Source of the DNA: Amoebidium appalachense
Taxonomy: Eukaryota; Protista; Ichthyosporea
DNA length: 64,000 nt
Direction of reading: 5' to 3'
Assembly (NCBI GenBank): GCA_963693365.1
Contig: CAVNZM010000003.1
Span: forward strand, 6,207,448-6,271,447
Part shown: positions 23,242 through 36,420 of the stretch, piece after piece
Layout: each line of letters begins with the position of its first letter
Position numbering within the stretch: the stretch's first letter is position 1
The notes under the pieces: model-generated
Told to the model about the DNA's origin: nothing
The model's database searches: none
The model's input: the letters and a program-made list of their open reading frames with translations, nothing else
Position numbers and translations under genes: made by a program

Positions 23242-25611
23242 TCATGCTGCTGCTGCCACAGCAGGGGGTGGGGGGGTCTGAATGAACGTCACTGCCTTGC
23301 GCAGTGCGGCGATGGAGGTCTCCTCGGCAGGCTGGCCCTTGCGCTCTTCCAAAAACTCCTTCACCTTGTCCTTGTTTGCGCGGTAGATGGCACTGGTCAG
23401 GTTGTAGAGAAGGGCGCCGGGGGAATCGGCAGGCACGTTTTCTCCCGGCTTTCTTGGCTTCGCCATTCCGCGGTACGGGTTTCAAAAGTTTTGGGGGGCG
23501 CAGGCGCTGCCTCACCCTCGCCGGTGGCTGGGGCGCGTGGGTCGGGCTTGTGGTTGCGGTCCCACTCACTCGCAAGCTGCTCCTTGGCGATCTCCAGGCT
23601 GCGGGCCCAGCATAGGATGTACGCGTTTGCTTGGCGTGGGCTCATGGTACCTGACCACTGCAGCAGTGCTTTGCCTATGGCAGAAAAAAAAACGTGCTGT
23701 GTACACTGTAGGGCTGCTGTTTCGGGGTGTTTGCAAGGTTCTTTTCCGTTGGTATTGGGGGGGGGGGGGGGGGGGGGGGGGCAAATGGTACACAAGGCAC
23801 AATAGAAATCACACAACGGGTGCGACAATTACACTATTAGCGTGCTTTTATTCGAAGTATGTGATCTTGACTTCAGCGCGGCGGCTCCCAGTACCAGCCA
23901 CCTTGGTCATTTTCGTGGTGATTGGCATGGAGGGGGAACCAGACTGCCAGAAACGGTCGTTCGTTGTGTGCTCCGCACTAGCAGTTGAAGAAAAGCCCTT
24001 GCCAGCGTGAATCACCCACAACGTGGCGTAAACCTCCTTCTGGCAAACGTGGTGGTTAATAAGACTACACCTTACACACCAATAAGTTCGTCCAAGGACA
24101 CTAGTTAACAGACACCACTGGCAAAACTTCATATGACACAGAAGGGACTCGGAAATGACACAATACAACTGTTGTCGCGTGTGTTGAGGGGGGAGGGAGG
24201 AAGGAGAGTGGAAGTGGGGGAAAGGGTGAGTAAGGGCAAGGGAAGAGAGGGGGAAGGGTAGGGGAAGGGAGGGGGAAGAAGGGAAGGGGGGGGGGGTGTA
24301 CCCGCGTGTGTGTGTGTGTGTGTACACGTGTGTGTGTGTTGAGGGGGGCGGGGGGGGGGGGAGGGGGGGGGGAGGAAGGAGAGTGGAAATGGGGAAAGGG
24401 TAAGGAAGGGCAAGGGAAGAGAGGGGGAAGGGTAGGGAAGGGGGGGGGGGGCAAATGGTACACAAGGCACAATAGAAATCACACAACGGGTGCGACAATT
24501 ATACTATTAGCGTGCTTTTATTCGAAGTATGTGATCTTGACTTCAGCGCGGCGGCTCCCAGTACCAGCCACCTTGGTCATTTTCGTGGTGATTGGCATGG
24601 AGGGGCAACCAGACTGCCAGAAACGGTCGTTCGTTGTGTGCTCTACACTAGCAGTTGAAGAAAAGCCCTTGCTAGCGTGAATCACCCACAACTTGGCGTA
24701 AACCTCCATCTGGCAAACGCGGTGGTTAATAAGACTACACCTTACACACCAATAAGTTCGTCCAGGACACTAGTTAACAGACACCACTGGCAAAACTTCA
24801 TATGACACAGAAGGGACTCGGAAATGACACAATACAACTGTTGTCGCGTGCTTTATTCAAAAAACTCTGTGATCTGTACTTCCACTCGGCGACTCCCTGT
24901 ACCGGCCTCCTTTCTTATCTCAATGGTGAGCGACGGAGTCTCAATGCTGGTACAATAATCGTCTCCAATTTCCCCGCTTGTTGTGTGTGTTACCCAAGCC
25001 GCCGGCACCGAGGAGAATCCCGGGTGCCGATGGATTTTTCTGGCCATAAGGGTCGACATGAGCTGTGAAAACACAGCTGTCAACATGCTAATCCACATGT
25101 GCTTCATAGCTTCTTTGTGCGCCAAACAGCCTGGTAATTCTACTAGTAGGTTACATGGCCCCGGGGGGGGGGGGGGGGGTTTTACCGATGCACTCTGGAC
25201 GAAATCGGGGTCCGGCCCTGCCTGCATCTCGCATCTCGGAGGCAGATGGGAGCTCGGGCTGCATCTCAGAGGCAGGTGGGAGCTCGGGCTGCATCTCGGG
25301 AGCAAGTGCCGGCTCGAGCTTTATCTCCGGGGCAGGGGCGGGCTCGGAATCTGCGTGCGCACGCTTGGCCCGAGCAGCAAGCACAGCAGCCTTCCGTTTC
25401 GCACGCAGCCGCTCCTGTGTGTGTGTGTGTGTACACGTGTATGTGTGTTGAGGGGGGAGGGAGGAAGGAGAGTGGAAGTGGGGAAAGGGTGAGTAAGGGC
25501 AAGGGAAGAGAGGGGGAAGGGTAGGGGAAGGGGGGGGGGGGAAGAAGGGAAGGGGGGGGGGGGGTGTACACGGGTGTGTGTGTGTGTGTGTGTGTACACG
25601 TGTGTGTGTGT

Positions 25612-25643
<32 letters not shown>

Positions 25644-25849
25644 GGGGCGAGGAAGGAGAGTGGTAGCGGGGAAAGGGTGAGGAAGGGCAAGGGAAGAGAG
25701 GGGGAAGGATAGGGGAAGGGGGGGAGGTGAAAGGGGAAGAAGGGGTGTGTGTGTACACGTGTGTGTGTGTTGAGGGGGGGGGGGGAAGAAGGTGTGTGTG
25801 TACACGTGTGTGTGTGTTGAGGGGGGGGGGGGGAGGCGAAAGGGGAAGA

Positions 25850-25887
<38 letters not shown>

Positions 25888-26285
25888 ATGCGTGGGTGTG
25901 CGCGTGTCTGTGTGTAGAGGTGTCTATGCCTTTGATAGTCAGACCACACCGTAGCTCCACAAGGATTCAATGGGTTATGTACGCGAGTCTGTGTAGGTGT
26001 GTACATGCATGTGTCGAGCACTATACGCTGACCTCTGATACTCCAAACACTGCACCTTTGGCTTACACCTTTCCCTGAAAGTTGTGTGTCTGTGGGCGTC
26101 TCTTAAAGAACCGTGCGCGCCGTCACGGCCCCGTGCATCCTCTCCTTGTCCCATTTCGTAGCCCAAAAGACAAACACTCTCCCCTACCCGAGTCTACGTG
26201 AACTTACCCGTTGTTCCTCCGCACGCCTCTGCACGGCTACGAGATCCTCGGACGTAGCAGAGCGACGGGAAAGGCGCTTCTCCAT
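23242..26285 (-). pseudogene. Fragmented multi-exon hypothetical gene
   Basis: Exon MEKRLSRR...EEQR|gtaagt at 26285-26208; pieces ERLRAKRK...EMQPELP repeats; repeated GTGSRR.EV.IT.FE segments; frames do not join cleanly. Confidence 0.35.
23781..24850. repeat. ~400-bp direct duplication (23781-24180 and 24451-24850)
   Basis: Near-identical copies starting gcaaatggtacacaaggcac, separated by a G-rich spacer. Confidence 0.9.
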
Positions 26286-26816
26286 GTTGTTGCCTGTGCG
26301 ACGGTGTCAATGCACGTGCGAAAGAAAGGCCTGTGCGAAAAACTGCTTTGCCTCTACTCACACAAAACACCACACTTCAACTGCCACACAATCTACTGCA
26401 CAAGCCACGACCTACCCGACTCTGACACCCACGCCGTGTCCTACTTCACGCCTGCTGGCTGACACAATATTCAGCAACCGTTTGAAACTGTGCAGCACTT
26501 GGTGGAGCACAGAAACGAAAAACGGGGTGTTGACAGATTTCTTATCCAAGCTGATGCAATATAGTCCAATCAGATCCGATGGCCACATTGGCCAGGGTTG
26601 AAATTATTAAAATCTGGAACCAACCAATGAAACAGGGGTCGTATTCCAATTTTTCAATTAGAGCCTCCCATCTGATCGTTTTTATCATTTTGTTTTAACC
26701 GGTTGAGCCATGCAACACCAATGTCCTCTTTGTACATAGCATAAAACTGTAATCGGTTGCACTCTGATATAGCTCTCAGACACACAGACACACAGGAATA
26801 ACGTAGACAAAAAAGC

Positions 26817-27341
26817 ATGGCAGAGCTCGAGGCAGAGACACTGTGTTTGCAATGCACAAGGTTGCTAAGGCAGTGTAATGAATGTGACCCAAACAACAAC
26901 GCACACGACCGTCTCCCACGAAACGGAATATGTGGCTCCTGCAAGCACATGACTCTCTGTGATGCATGTACCAAGCTCATGAAAGAAAAGTGGCACGGGT
27001 CCGGGAAAGCATGTGAAGTCTGTGTGAACTGCATTTCTCAGGAAAGTTTGTTGACTCGTGAACGTGCGTTTGACATGCGCCTCCATATAGAAAAAGGAAT
27101 GTACGAAGGCGTGAAAGGAGGTAATTGCAATTTTGCGCAACTGTGGGGCACAAGGGAAAAACAGCTCGTTAAGATAAAAAACTCTCTATCCGCGGCAAAA
27201 AGGAGGAAGAAAAGGTCTGAAGCGATGAACAAGAAACCCCGCGTCGTCTTTGATGCATCAGTAGGTACGTGAGTGCTAGATGCACGCCCCGCACCACCCT
27301 CCTTTTCCGACTTTGCCCGCACCGTCTTACATCCTTTGCCT

Positions 27342-27373
<32 letters not shown>

Positions 27374-28747
27374 CACCCTCTCCCCACCCTCTCCCTCCCT
27401 TTCTTGTCTCTCTCTCCCTCCCCCCCCGTCCCCTTTCTTGCCTCTCTCTCCCCCGCCCCCCCCCCCCCCTCCCTCCCTGTCTCCCTTCCCACCCATCCTT
27501 CCCGAGTGGAAAGCAGGCATTGTAGAACTCTTGCACCGTCTTACATCCTTTGCCTGTGCACCCCCCCCCCCCATCCCTCTCCCCTCCCTTTCTTGTCTCC
27601 CCCCCCCCCATCCCCTTTCTTGCCTCTCTCTCCCATCCCCCCTCCCTCCCTGTCTCCCTTCCCACCCATACTTCCCGAGTGGAAAGCAGGCATTGTAGAA
27701 CTCTTGCACCGTCTTACATCCTTTGCCTGTGCACCCCCCCCCCACCCTCTCCCTCCCTTTCTTGTCTCTCTCTCCCTCCCCCCACACCCCCTTTCTTGCC
27801 TCTCTCTCCCCGTCCCCCCCCCCTCCCTCCCTGTCTCCCTTCCCACCCATCCTTCCCGAGTGGAAAGCAGGCATTGTAGAACTCTTGCACCGTCTTACAT
27901 CCTTTGCCTGTGCACCCCCCCCCATCCCTCTCCCCTCCCTTTCTTGTCTCCCCCCCCCCCCCACACCCCCTTTCTTGCCTCTCTCTCCCGTCCCCCCCCC
28001 CTCCCTCCCTGTCTCCCTTCCCACCCATCCTTCCCGAGTGGAAAGCAGGCATTGTAGAACTCTTGCACCGTCTTACATCCTTTGCCTGTGCACCCCCCCC
28101 CCCCCACCCTCTCCCCTCCCTTTCTTGTCTCTCTCTCTCCCTCCCCCCTTTCTTGCCTCTCTCTCCCGTTCCCCCCCCCCTCCCTCCCTGTCTCCCTTCC
28201 CACCCATCCTTCCCGAGTGGAAAGCAGGCATTGTAGAACTCTTGCACCGTCTTACATCCTTTGCCTGTGCACCCCCCCCCCCCCCCCCACCCTCTCCCCT
28301 CCCTTTCTTGTCTCTCTCTCTCCCTCCCTCCCTTTCTTGCCTCTCTCTCCCGTCTCCCCCTCCCTCCCTGTCTCCCTTCCCACCCATCCTTCCCGAGTGG
28401 AAAGCAGGCATTGTAGAACTCTCGCACCGTCTTACATCCTTTGCCTCTGCACCCCCCTCCCCCCCCCCCCTCGAGTGGAAGCAGGCAGTGTAGAACTCTC
28501 GCACTGTCTTGCGTCCTTTGCCCCTGCACCCCCCCATCCTTTCCCCACCCTCTCACGTCCATGTCTTGCCTCTCTCTCCCTTGTCCCCTCCCCACGAGGC
28601 TCCCTTTCTTGTCCCCCCCCCCTTCCCTTTCTTTCCTCTCTCTCCCTTCTGCCTTCATATACACACAAGCTTGTTCCTCTCCCACCACCCTCATCCGTGT
28701 TTGTGTGTACCGCCTCCACAAATCTAAACACCCCCCTTTCCTCTCCC

Positions 28748-28817
<70 letters not shown>

Positions 28818-29027
28818 CATACACGCACCTCTCCAGCCTGCACAGGCAAACGTGGATCAGGTAAAAGGTATAACCCGGTACCTGTTCCGAGAAACACTGC
28901 TACCACAAGGATATTGGTGCATAAGCTACTGGTCGGCCACACGATGGAGTTGCGCCCCCGAAAGAAACAGGAGCCTGAATTGCAGGAGCCTGAATTGCAG
29001 GAGCCTGAATCGGACGGAGAGGAGTGA
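26817..29027 (+). CDS. Cys-rich zinc-finger-like protein, 2 exons
   Basis: Several CxxC pairs; GT-AG intron 27265-28845 (phase 1) joins in frame to GKRGSGKRYNP...QEPELQEPESDGEE*. Confidence 0.7.
27318..28530. repeat. Intronic ~179-bp tandem satellite, about 7 units
   Basis: Conserved core ttcccgagtggaaagcaggcattgtagaactcttgcaccgtcttacatcc with C-rich linkers. Confidence 0.9.
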
Positions 29028-29149
29028 ACTAGGGGGGAGGGGGGGGGGGGGGGGGGTAAATGAGGGGGGGGGGGGGGGGTAAATGACGGGGGTGGGGAGG
29101 GTAAGGGGAAAGGGTACGAGGAAAGGGATACGAGAGACGGGGATATGAT

Positions 29150-30640
29150 AGGGGGGCTGATTTAGGCCGATTAAAGTTTAACCACATCTGTGACTGGCTC
29201 ATAGATTCTCGCTTTGAAGCGAGAATCTTTTGATTGGTCGATAGGTGATTGTATAAAGCCGTATTTTTATTGTTTAAACACAATGTATGCTAGTACACAT
29301 GGCTGCAGCCTTGGTCGCCTGATTTCAATAACTATAACAATAAAACATTTCTGATACTGGTCCAGAGATAGTAGGTAGTAACCTACTATCTTTTGATTGG
29401 CTCTCACGGTGTTTAACCCTGTCGCCTTATAACGTTGACACCTTCTATAGACACACAGAATAAGGCTTTGCCCGCCAGTGATGAAGGTGTCACAGGACCA
29501 CAGTCTCGGTTGCCTGATTTTAAAAGTTATAAAAAATAACTATTTATTTTACTGGCCTAGAGATAGTCACTTTGAAGCGACTTTCTTTTGATTGGCCAAT
29601 GTGGCATTTTAACAACCAAACGGTTACGGTTAAATTTTGTTTTAGGCATCGTGACCGGTATAGCGCTCACTCGATGCTTTCATTTATATAGTCAGGCACT
29701 ACGTCGCGCCTAGCACGGACACGGCATTTCATTTTGAGTCCAAGCCCCGGTGCTATAATTAGTGATAATAAGAGTTTAAAATATATGCAGTTATCTTATT
29801 GGCCGAGAGATTCTTGCTTTGAAGCAAGAATCTTTTGATTGGTCAACAAGTCTATTTAAACGCCTATGGGTCTAATCTTAAACCGTCGAATGGGCAAGGT
29901 TTTGTGTTACAAAACGAGTGTCGTTGGGGGATAGGGGAAGGGGGGGATAGGGGAAGGGGAGGGGGGATGGGGTAGGGGAAGGGGGGGGGGGGGGGTCAAA
30001 ATAAAAAAGAAAGAAAAACACACACACAGTGTCACACACACCACACACACACACAACAAAAATAAAACGGCAAATTTGTTGTGAATGTGGGGAGTTGAAT
30101 TTAGGGAGGGGGGGGGGGGGGGATGGGAAAGGGGGGGGGGGGGGGGGGGGGGATAAGGGAAGGGGGGGGGGATGGGGTAGGGGAAGGGGGGGGGGGTGTA
30201 TATACACGTGTACACACACACTTGTACATATATATGTGTAGATGGGGGGGGGGGGGATGTGTGTAGGAGGGGAACATGAGAGACGGGGATATCAGAGGGG
30301 GTGGGGAGGGATAGGGGGGGGGGGGGTACGAGGAAAGAGAGGGGAACACGAGAGACGGGGATATGAGGGGGGATGTGTGTATATACACGTGTACACACAC
30401 TTGTACATATATAGGAGGGATAGGGGGGGGGGGGGGGGTGTATCCGTCTACACGGTCGTGTACACACACACACACTTGCACATAAATATATTTATGTGTA
30501 GATGGGGGGGGGGCTGATTTTAGACCGATTAAAGTTTAACTACATCTGTGATTGGCTGAGAGATTCTCACTTTGAAGTGAGAATCTTTTGATTGGTCGAT
30601 GGGTCATTGTATATAGCTGTATTCTTATTGTTAAAACATA
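29150..30640. repeat. Array of CCAAT-flanked 26-bp variable palindromes
   Basis: Palindromes start at 29203, 29366, 29561, 29808 and 30561; each is followed by tttgattgg. Confidence 0.85.
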
Positions 30641-31620
30641 GTTTAGGCTCGATGGGGGGGGGGGGGGGGGGTATGAGGAAAGGGAGGAAAACATGAGAGA
30701 TGGGATACGATGAAAGAGAGGGAATACGAGAGATTGCTGGTGGGGGGAGGTGATATAAGGGAAAGAGGGTCTGGTGAAGCGGGGGGGGGGGGTATGGGGC
30801 AGTAGAGGCCAGCCACAGTCAACTCTCGTGTTGCGAGGGTCAATTTTAATGGGAAGCAAGCTGTCATATTGACCACACACACAACCATATAAACCAACAC
30901 CATGTCACACCACCACCCGCGCCTGCCGCTGGCAGATCCCGGCCCCAGCTAGCACACACGAGACAGCCTAAGCGCAGACACCACGGTCGCCGCCAAAGCC
31001 TCAGGCATCCATCATCGTATTCTCGGGGTCCTCCTCCGAGTCGCTGCAGTCGGCCACGGTCACCTGCACCTGGCGGGCCGGCCCGGCACCGCGCTTCACC
31101 TGCTTGGCGGTGAACTTGAGGGCGTTCTCCTCCGCCACAAAGGAAATCTTGGCCTGGCCAGGCAGAAGGGGTGTGCGGGCGGCAAGGGGCTCGTCGAGGG
31201 ACACACGGGTGCCCATGTCGAGGGGGGTGATGCCGGGGAACAGCCCCTCTATGCGCTCGACGACATCCGAGACCTTCTGGATGTCGGAGTCGTCCTCCTC
31301 CACCACACCCCCGTGCAGGTTGGCCTGGGGAAGCTGGGTGTCGCGGCGCCTCTCCAGATAGCCGCGCAGGTTGACACAGAACGTGTAGAGCTGGCGGGTG
31401 GTCATCAGGGTGGAGTACTCGGGCGCCGTGCCGGTCCACAGGCGCATGCGCTCCTTGATGGCGCGCTGGATGTACGTGCCCGCCGTGACAATGGACACCT
31501 TGGACCCCGGCAGGGTGACGTGCACGTTGGTGACGGCCTCGATCATGGCGGTGTAGGCGCCCGCAGCGCGGATCTCCGGGCCATAGTAGAGGATGCCCGC
31601 CCACCAGTAGGGGAAGGCGC

Positions 31621-34600
31621 TGTAAACAGTTGGACTAGTTAGGATAAGGCAGAGTACAACTGAATCAAAATAAAGACAGAGAACGGGTAGAAAGGCACAC
31701 GCGGCCAGGTTGCTTTTACTAATGGGCAGTCTGTCTCAGACTTCACTGATGTGATCCCCGTACTGGGACGGCTTTGTTATATAGCCCCCAGGTTTCGGAT
31801 CAAGGCCCAGGATTGGTTCATCCGCGGCCAGCGCGGGTGGCAACATGCCATTCGTGATTCTGGTGCGGTCCGAGCCAGTCAGACCTTCGTCCTATTTATG
31901 CAAACCTCTTATTGGTTCACTTCGTTTATGTGGTATGCAGCGGAAGAACCATATATGGTTCAATTCTTAGGTCAGAGTGAGTCCTATTGGTGCGGACATA
32001 ATATTTATGTGATATTCATGACAAAGCACGAATCGTGTGCTAGTAGATCACATTCTTTAGTAAACATGTACAGTTCATGTGTACAGTTGTTTACACTCCC
32101 CCCCTTGTCGGGAGCCTGGTGGTGTCGTTAGACAAGCAAACCACCAGGCTGAGAGGCGATAAACAACCTTCAGCGAGAATTCTTGTGCGCCGACCTGCTG
32201 GGCAGAACAGAGCAAGGACGGTTGAATAGAGTTGTGCACGTCTATGAGCACTTCTTCATTTGCCAAAACGTAAATTCATGCAGCATTCTTCTGTGATTTC
32301 ATTTTCGTGGCGAAGATTGTTGCAGAGTGTGTGCGAATTGTTCGCTTCGTCTCTGTGCTTGGCTTTTCTGTAGAAGTAGTATTTTTCTTTTGGGAATTTT
32401 TCCTTTTTAGGATACTCCCGCAGATTCGTTTTCAATTGCGAGTAATTTGGTTGTGTGGATGAATGATCATACCAAACATTCGATAATGAATATAACTCAA
32501 GGCTTAGGTCACTTCGTAGCTCAGGTAGTGGTGGATAGCTTCAAGGCTTAGCCGCTGCTCCTTATCCCGGTTCTACCTTAAGACTGTAAGGCGAGTCGCC
32601 ATGGCCGGAAAAGCCACTTCTTTCATGAACAAAGAGCACTTCTTTCCTTTCAGCTTTAACCCTGCATCATCGGAGCTGGGAAAAACAGAATAAAAATGCC
32701 CAAGTGTTCTTCGTTGGGCGACATAAAGAAATATATCAGCCCGTCAGAATTCGAACCAGTAAAAACCCGGTTCATAATTCATAAGAAGAGGGTAGGCAAA
32801 GCAAACCTTCTTCAGAAAACACATGCTTCCATTCGTGAGCAGTTTTCGTATCCCATTTGCCAGCCATTTTTCGTTGAGCAGGGGGATTCCAGGCATAATA
32901 CATTCTTCTGGAGGCTTGGCCTAAAAAGAAAAGTCGTCAGAGTCGCCCTTTCTTTTGTAAGCAACTTCGTGAGCGCGCTTCGTGTTTTCATATCCTCCAG
33001 TGCAGGTCTGGATGGTGCCCCATCCTCTGCTTCATTTGTAGGTGGCCCTACTGTTGGTTCTGTTCGTTGTGTGGAAAACCAAAACCATTCGTGTTCGTGG
33101 AACTGCTTTGTGCTGTGCTTTCTTTCGTGTTGGTGTTCATGAAGTTACCCCGTTCACACACCCTACTTCTTACATACATTAGATGTAAGTAGCTGCCTGG
33201 TGAGTGTGTGGTTCGTGTTCGTGGCATTCTTCTGTTCCGTCGTGAGAAGAATATTCGTTTTAGCAGAGGTGCCCAATAAGTTAGCTTGTGGGGTTGTCTC
33301 CCGCATGTGCCCATTGGTGGGGTATGCACGTGCTAAATTGTTACAGTGTCATCATATTGCAAGGGAATAACATGGTCACCTCCGTACCAGGGCCTAGGTA
33401 CACATGATGGTCCGATGTGTTAGTCAACAACACCTTGCATTCGTATTCGTATTTGTCTTCCACGTCACTTTCTTCAGTAGTGAAGGAGGGTATTCGTAAT
33501 TCGAAACTGAAAGGCTTCCAGCCAAAATACTGACACTGTATGATGGGGTTGTGAGGGAGCGGTGCCCATACCACATTCTTTTGTTCTGGTGGGGGTGTGC
33601 CGGCAGCTAGTGCAAGGCTTGACAGTGTAATTGGTATGTTACACAGTATTGCCACAGACGGGCATTCACCTTAAAATTCGTACCCAACACCTTCTTTGTT
33701 TTTCACATGCATGAACAAAAGTTCTGCATCGACTTTATTACATGCCTTTTGTGCACCAAGAGTGCAAATTCGTTAGGGCGTGGCACCAGGAAGGGCCGCC
33801 ATACATGAGGCATATGTTCGTAATGTGTTTAGGCATGCCAGCATACATTCATGCGCATGTTGTGCATCCTGTGCGCTAAACTATGGGGCATGCTGTATTC
33901 GAAAACAGCAAGAAATTCGAAGCATGCATGCAAAACTACTTTCACAGCACCTTATGTCCTCAATGCTATAGGAACAGCGACTATCTTCTTCTTTAAATGC
34001 ATTCGTGCTGAAAGTGGCCGTGCATCTGGCTTGCGAGTGTGGAGGTGCATGCGGTGGCATGGACACGATGACAGTGTGCAATAGCGCAATGCACGCAAGG
34101 GCAACGGTTTTATTTTCTTTCTAACATAGAGGGGGCTGTGTGCATTGCAACCCAAGCAGTGTTGTGCATTCGTTCTTGCATTTTCGTATTTCCAGTTCAT
34201 TTTGCTTTCGTTTTTCGTTTTTTGTCGTTTGATAAATTCGTTACTTCGTTTTGTTTTCGTGTTGCATTCATTTCGTATTTCCTCTATGCATTCGTTTGTC
34301 GTTCATTCTTTATTTCATTGTGTATTCGTGATGGTTCGTTTTTCGTTGGTTCATTGCTTCGTTAGCAATTCTTTATTCGTTTGTTCGTGTATTCGTTGTT
34401 TCGTTGTGTATTCGTTTTTCTTCACATTTTTGATGTGTCGTAGCAAAAGAAGTTTTACATGCTTTCAATTCTTTCCGTGTAGGTGGGCTGGCCACTTCAA
34501 ACTTGTAGGTGTATATATTCTAAGCCGGACAAGGAAAGATGTGCCTATCATCGGGGTAAAAAGGATTGTGATCGGCCATGGGAGATTCTTGAGCTGATTG

Positions 34601-35250
34601 AAAGATGTGAGATTCTTGAACTGATTGAAAGATGTGAGATTCGAAGGATGCGAGATTCTTGAACTGCGCGGTCGCCAATGTAAACAGTTGGCAATGTAAA
34701 ACAGTGTCCTGCCGCGGTCGCCAATGTAAACAGTTGGCAATGTAAAACAGTGTCCTGCCGCGGTCGCCAATGTAAACAGTTGGACTAGTTAGGATAAGGC
34801 AGAGTACAACTGAATCAAAATAAAGACAGAGAACGGGTAGAAAGGCACACGCGGCCAGGTTGCTTTTACTATGGGCCGACTCAGTCTGTCTCAGACTTCA
34901 CTGATGTGATCCCCGTACTGGGACGGCTTTGTTATATAGCCCCCAGGTTTCGGATCAAGGCCCAGGATTGGTTCATCCGCGGCCAGCGCGGGTGGCAACA
35001 TGCCATTCGTGATTCTGGTGCGGTCCGAGCCAGTCAGACCTTCGTCCTATTTATGCAAACCTCTTATTGGTTCACTTCGTTTATGTGGTATGCAGCGGAA
35101 GAACCATATATGGTTCAATTCTTAGGTCAGAGTGAGTCCTATTGGTGCGGACATAATATTTATGTGATATTCATGACAAAGCACGAATCGTGTGCTAGTA
35201 GATCACATTCTTTAGTAAACATGTACAGTTCATGTGTACAGTTGTTTACA
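31621..35250 (-). mobile_element. Non-autonomous LTR retrotransposon
   Basis: LTRs 31621-32095 and 34771-35250 are near-identical with TGTAAACA...TGTTTACA ends; TSD GGCGC; PPT at 32096-32106; PBS at 34752-34769 complementary to a tRNA-Arg(TCG)-like 3' end; no intact gag/pol. Confidence 0.92.
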
Positions 35251-35689
35251 GGCGCGGGTCAGGCCCCGGAACACGGAGTTGTCGTTGCAGTTGCTGTCGG
35301 CAGAGGGGGGCACGTGGGCACGGGTGACGCCCAGGGGCTCGCGCTCCATCTGCTCGGCCACGGCCTTGGCGATCTTCTCAAACTCGGCGGCACGGGCGGC
35401 GGCAAGGGCAGCACGGGTGGTGGCCTCGTCTGCACGGGTGGCGGCCTCATCTGCACGCGCACTGTTTGCACGCAGATAGGCAGCCACGGCCATCTCCAGG
35501 CGCAGGTAGTACTCGCGCACAGCCGCGCCTGCATCAGTCTCGGCAGCCATGACAAGAGATTTAAAAGTCTTCGGGGTCAGATACACCTCCTTGATGGGCT
35601 TGGTCTTGGCACTGGAGTTGGGGTGGGGGGGGGATATCAGAAGTCAGCAACGGATTCGTAGGTGCGGGTGTGGGGGAGGGGGAGGTGGG

Positions 35690-36420
35690 ATGGGCTAGGA
35701 GATCCTTACTTTGGAGTAAGAATCTTTTGATTGGTCAACCTGAACCGGTTCTCTGTTATTACTGTCTGATTATAAAACATTAAAATCTAAACAATAAGCA
35801 GGATTGGCTAGAAGATACTAGCTTTCAAGCTAGAATCTTTTGATTGGTTGATGGGTCGTTGTATATAGCTGTATTCTTGTTGTTAAAACATAATGTAGGC
35901 TCAGATGGGGAGGGGAGGGGGAGGGGGAAGAGATGGGGGGGGCGTGACTTTAGACCGATTAAAATTTAACTATATTTGTGATTGGCCTAGAGATAGTAGG
36001 TTTCAACCTACTATCTTTTCATTGGCTCTCGCGGTGTTTTAAACCTGTCATCTTATAATGTTAAACTCCTTGTATAGGCACAGGTAATAAGACATTACCT
36101 GCCAGTGGTGAAGGTGCCGCCGGACTACAGCCTTATTTGCCTGATTTTAAAACCTATAAAAACTAAATATTTATATTACTGGCCCAGAGATAGTAGGTTT
36201 CAACCTACTATCTTTTGATTGGCTCTCGCGGTGTTTTAAACCTGTCATCTTATAATGTTAAACTCCTTGTATAGGCACAGGTAATAAGACATTACCTGCC
36301 AGTGGTGAAGGTGCCGCCGGACTACAGCCTTATTTGCCTGATTTTAAAACCTATAAAAACTACATATTTATATTACTGGCCCAGAGATAGTAGGTTTCAA
36401 CCTACTATCTTTTGATTGGC
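35690..36420. repeat. Intronic array of CCAAT-flanked 26-bp palindromes (197-bp period in part)
   Basis: Palindromes start at 35700, 35813, 35991, 36188 and 36385. Confidence 0.85.

Noticed and set aside
31751-32131. ORF MIPVLGRL... duplicated at 34906
   Set aside because: It lies inside the LTRs, antisense to the element, with no recognisable domain.
36370-36415. Palindromes as cassette micro-exons in the paralog A intron (AG...GTAATA)
   Set aside because: The splice options I tried give a stop or the wrong phase for the phase-2 flanking exons; RNA-seq could still test this.
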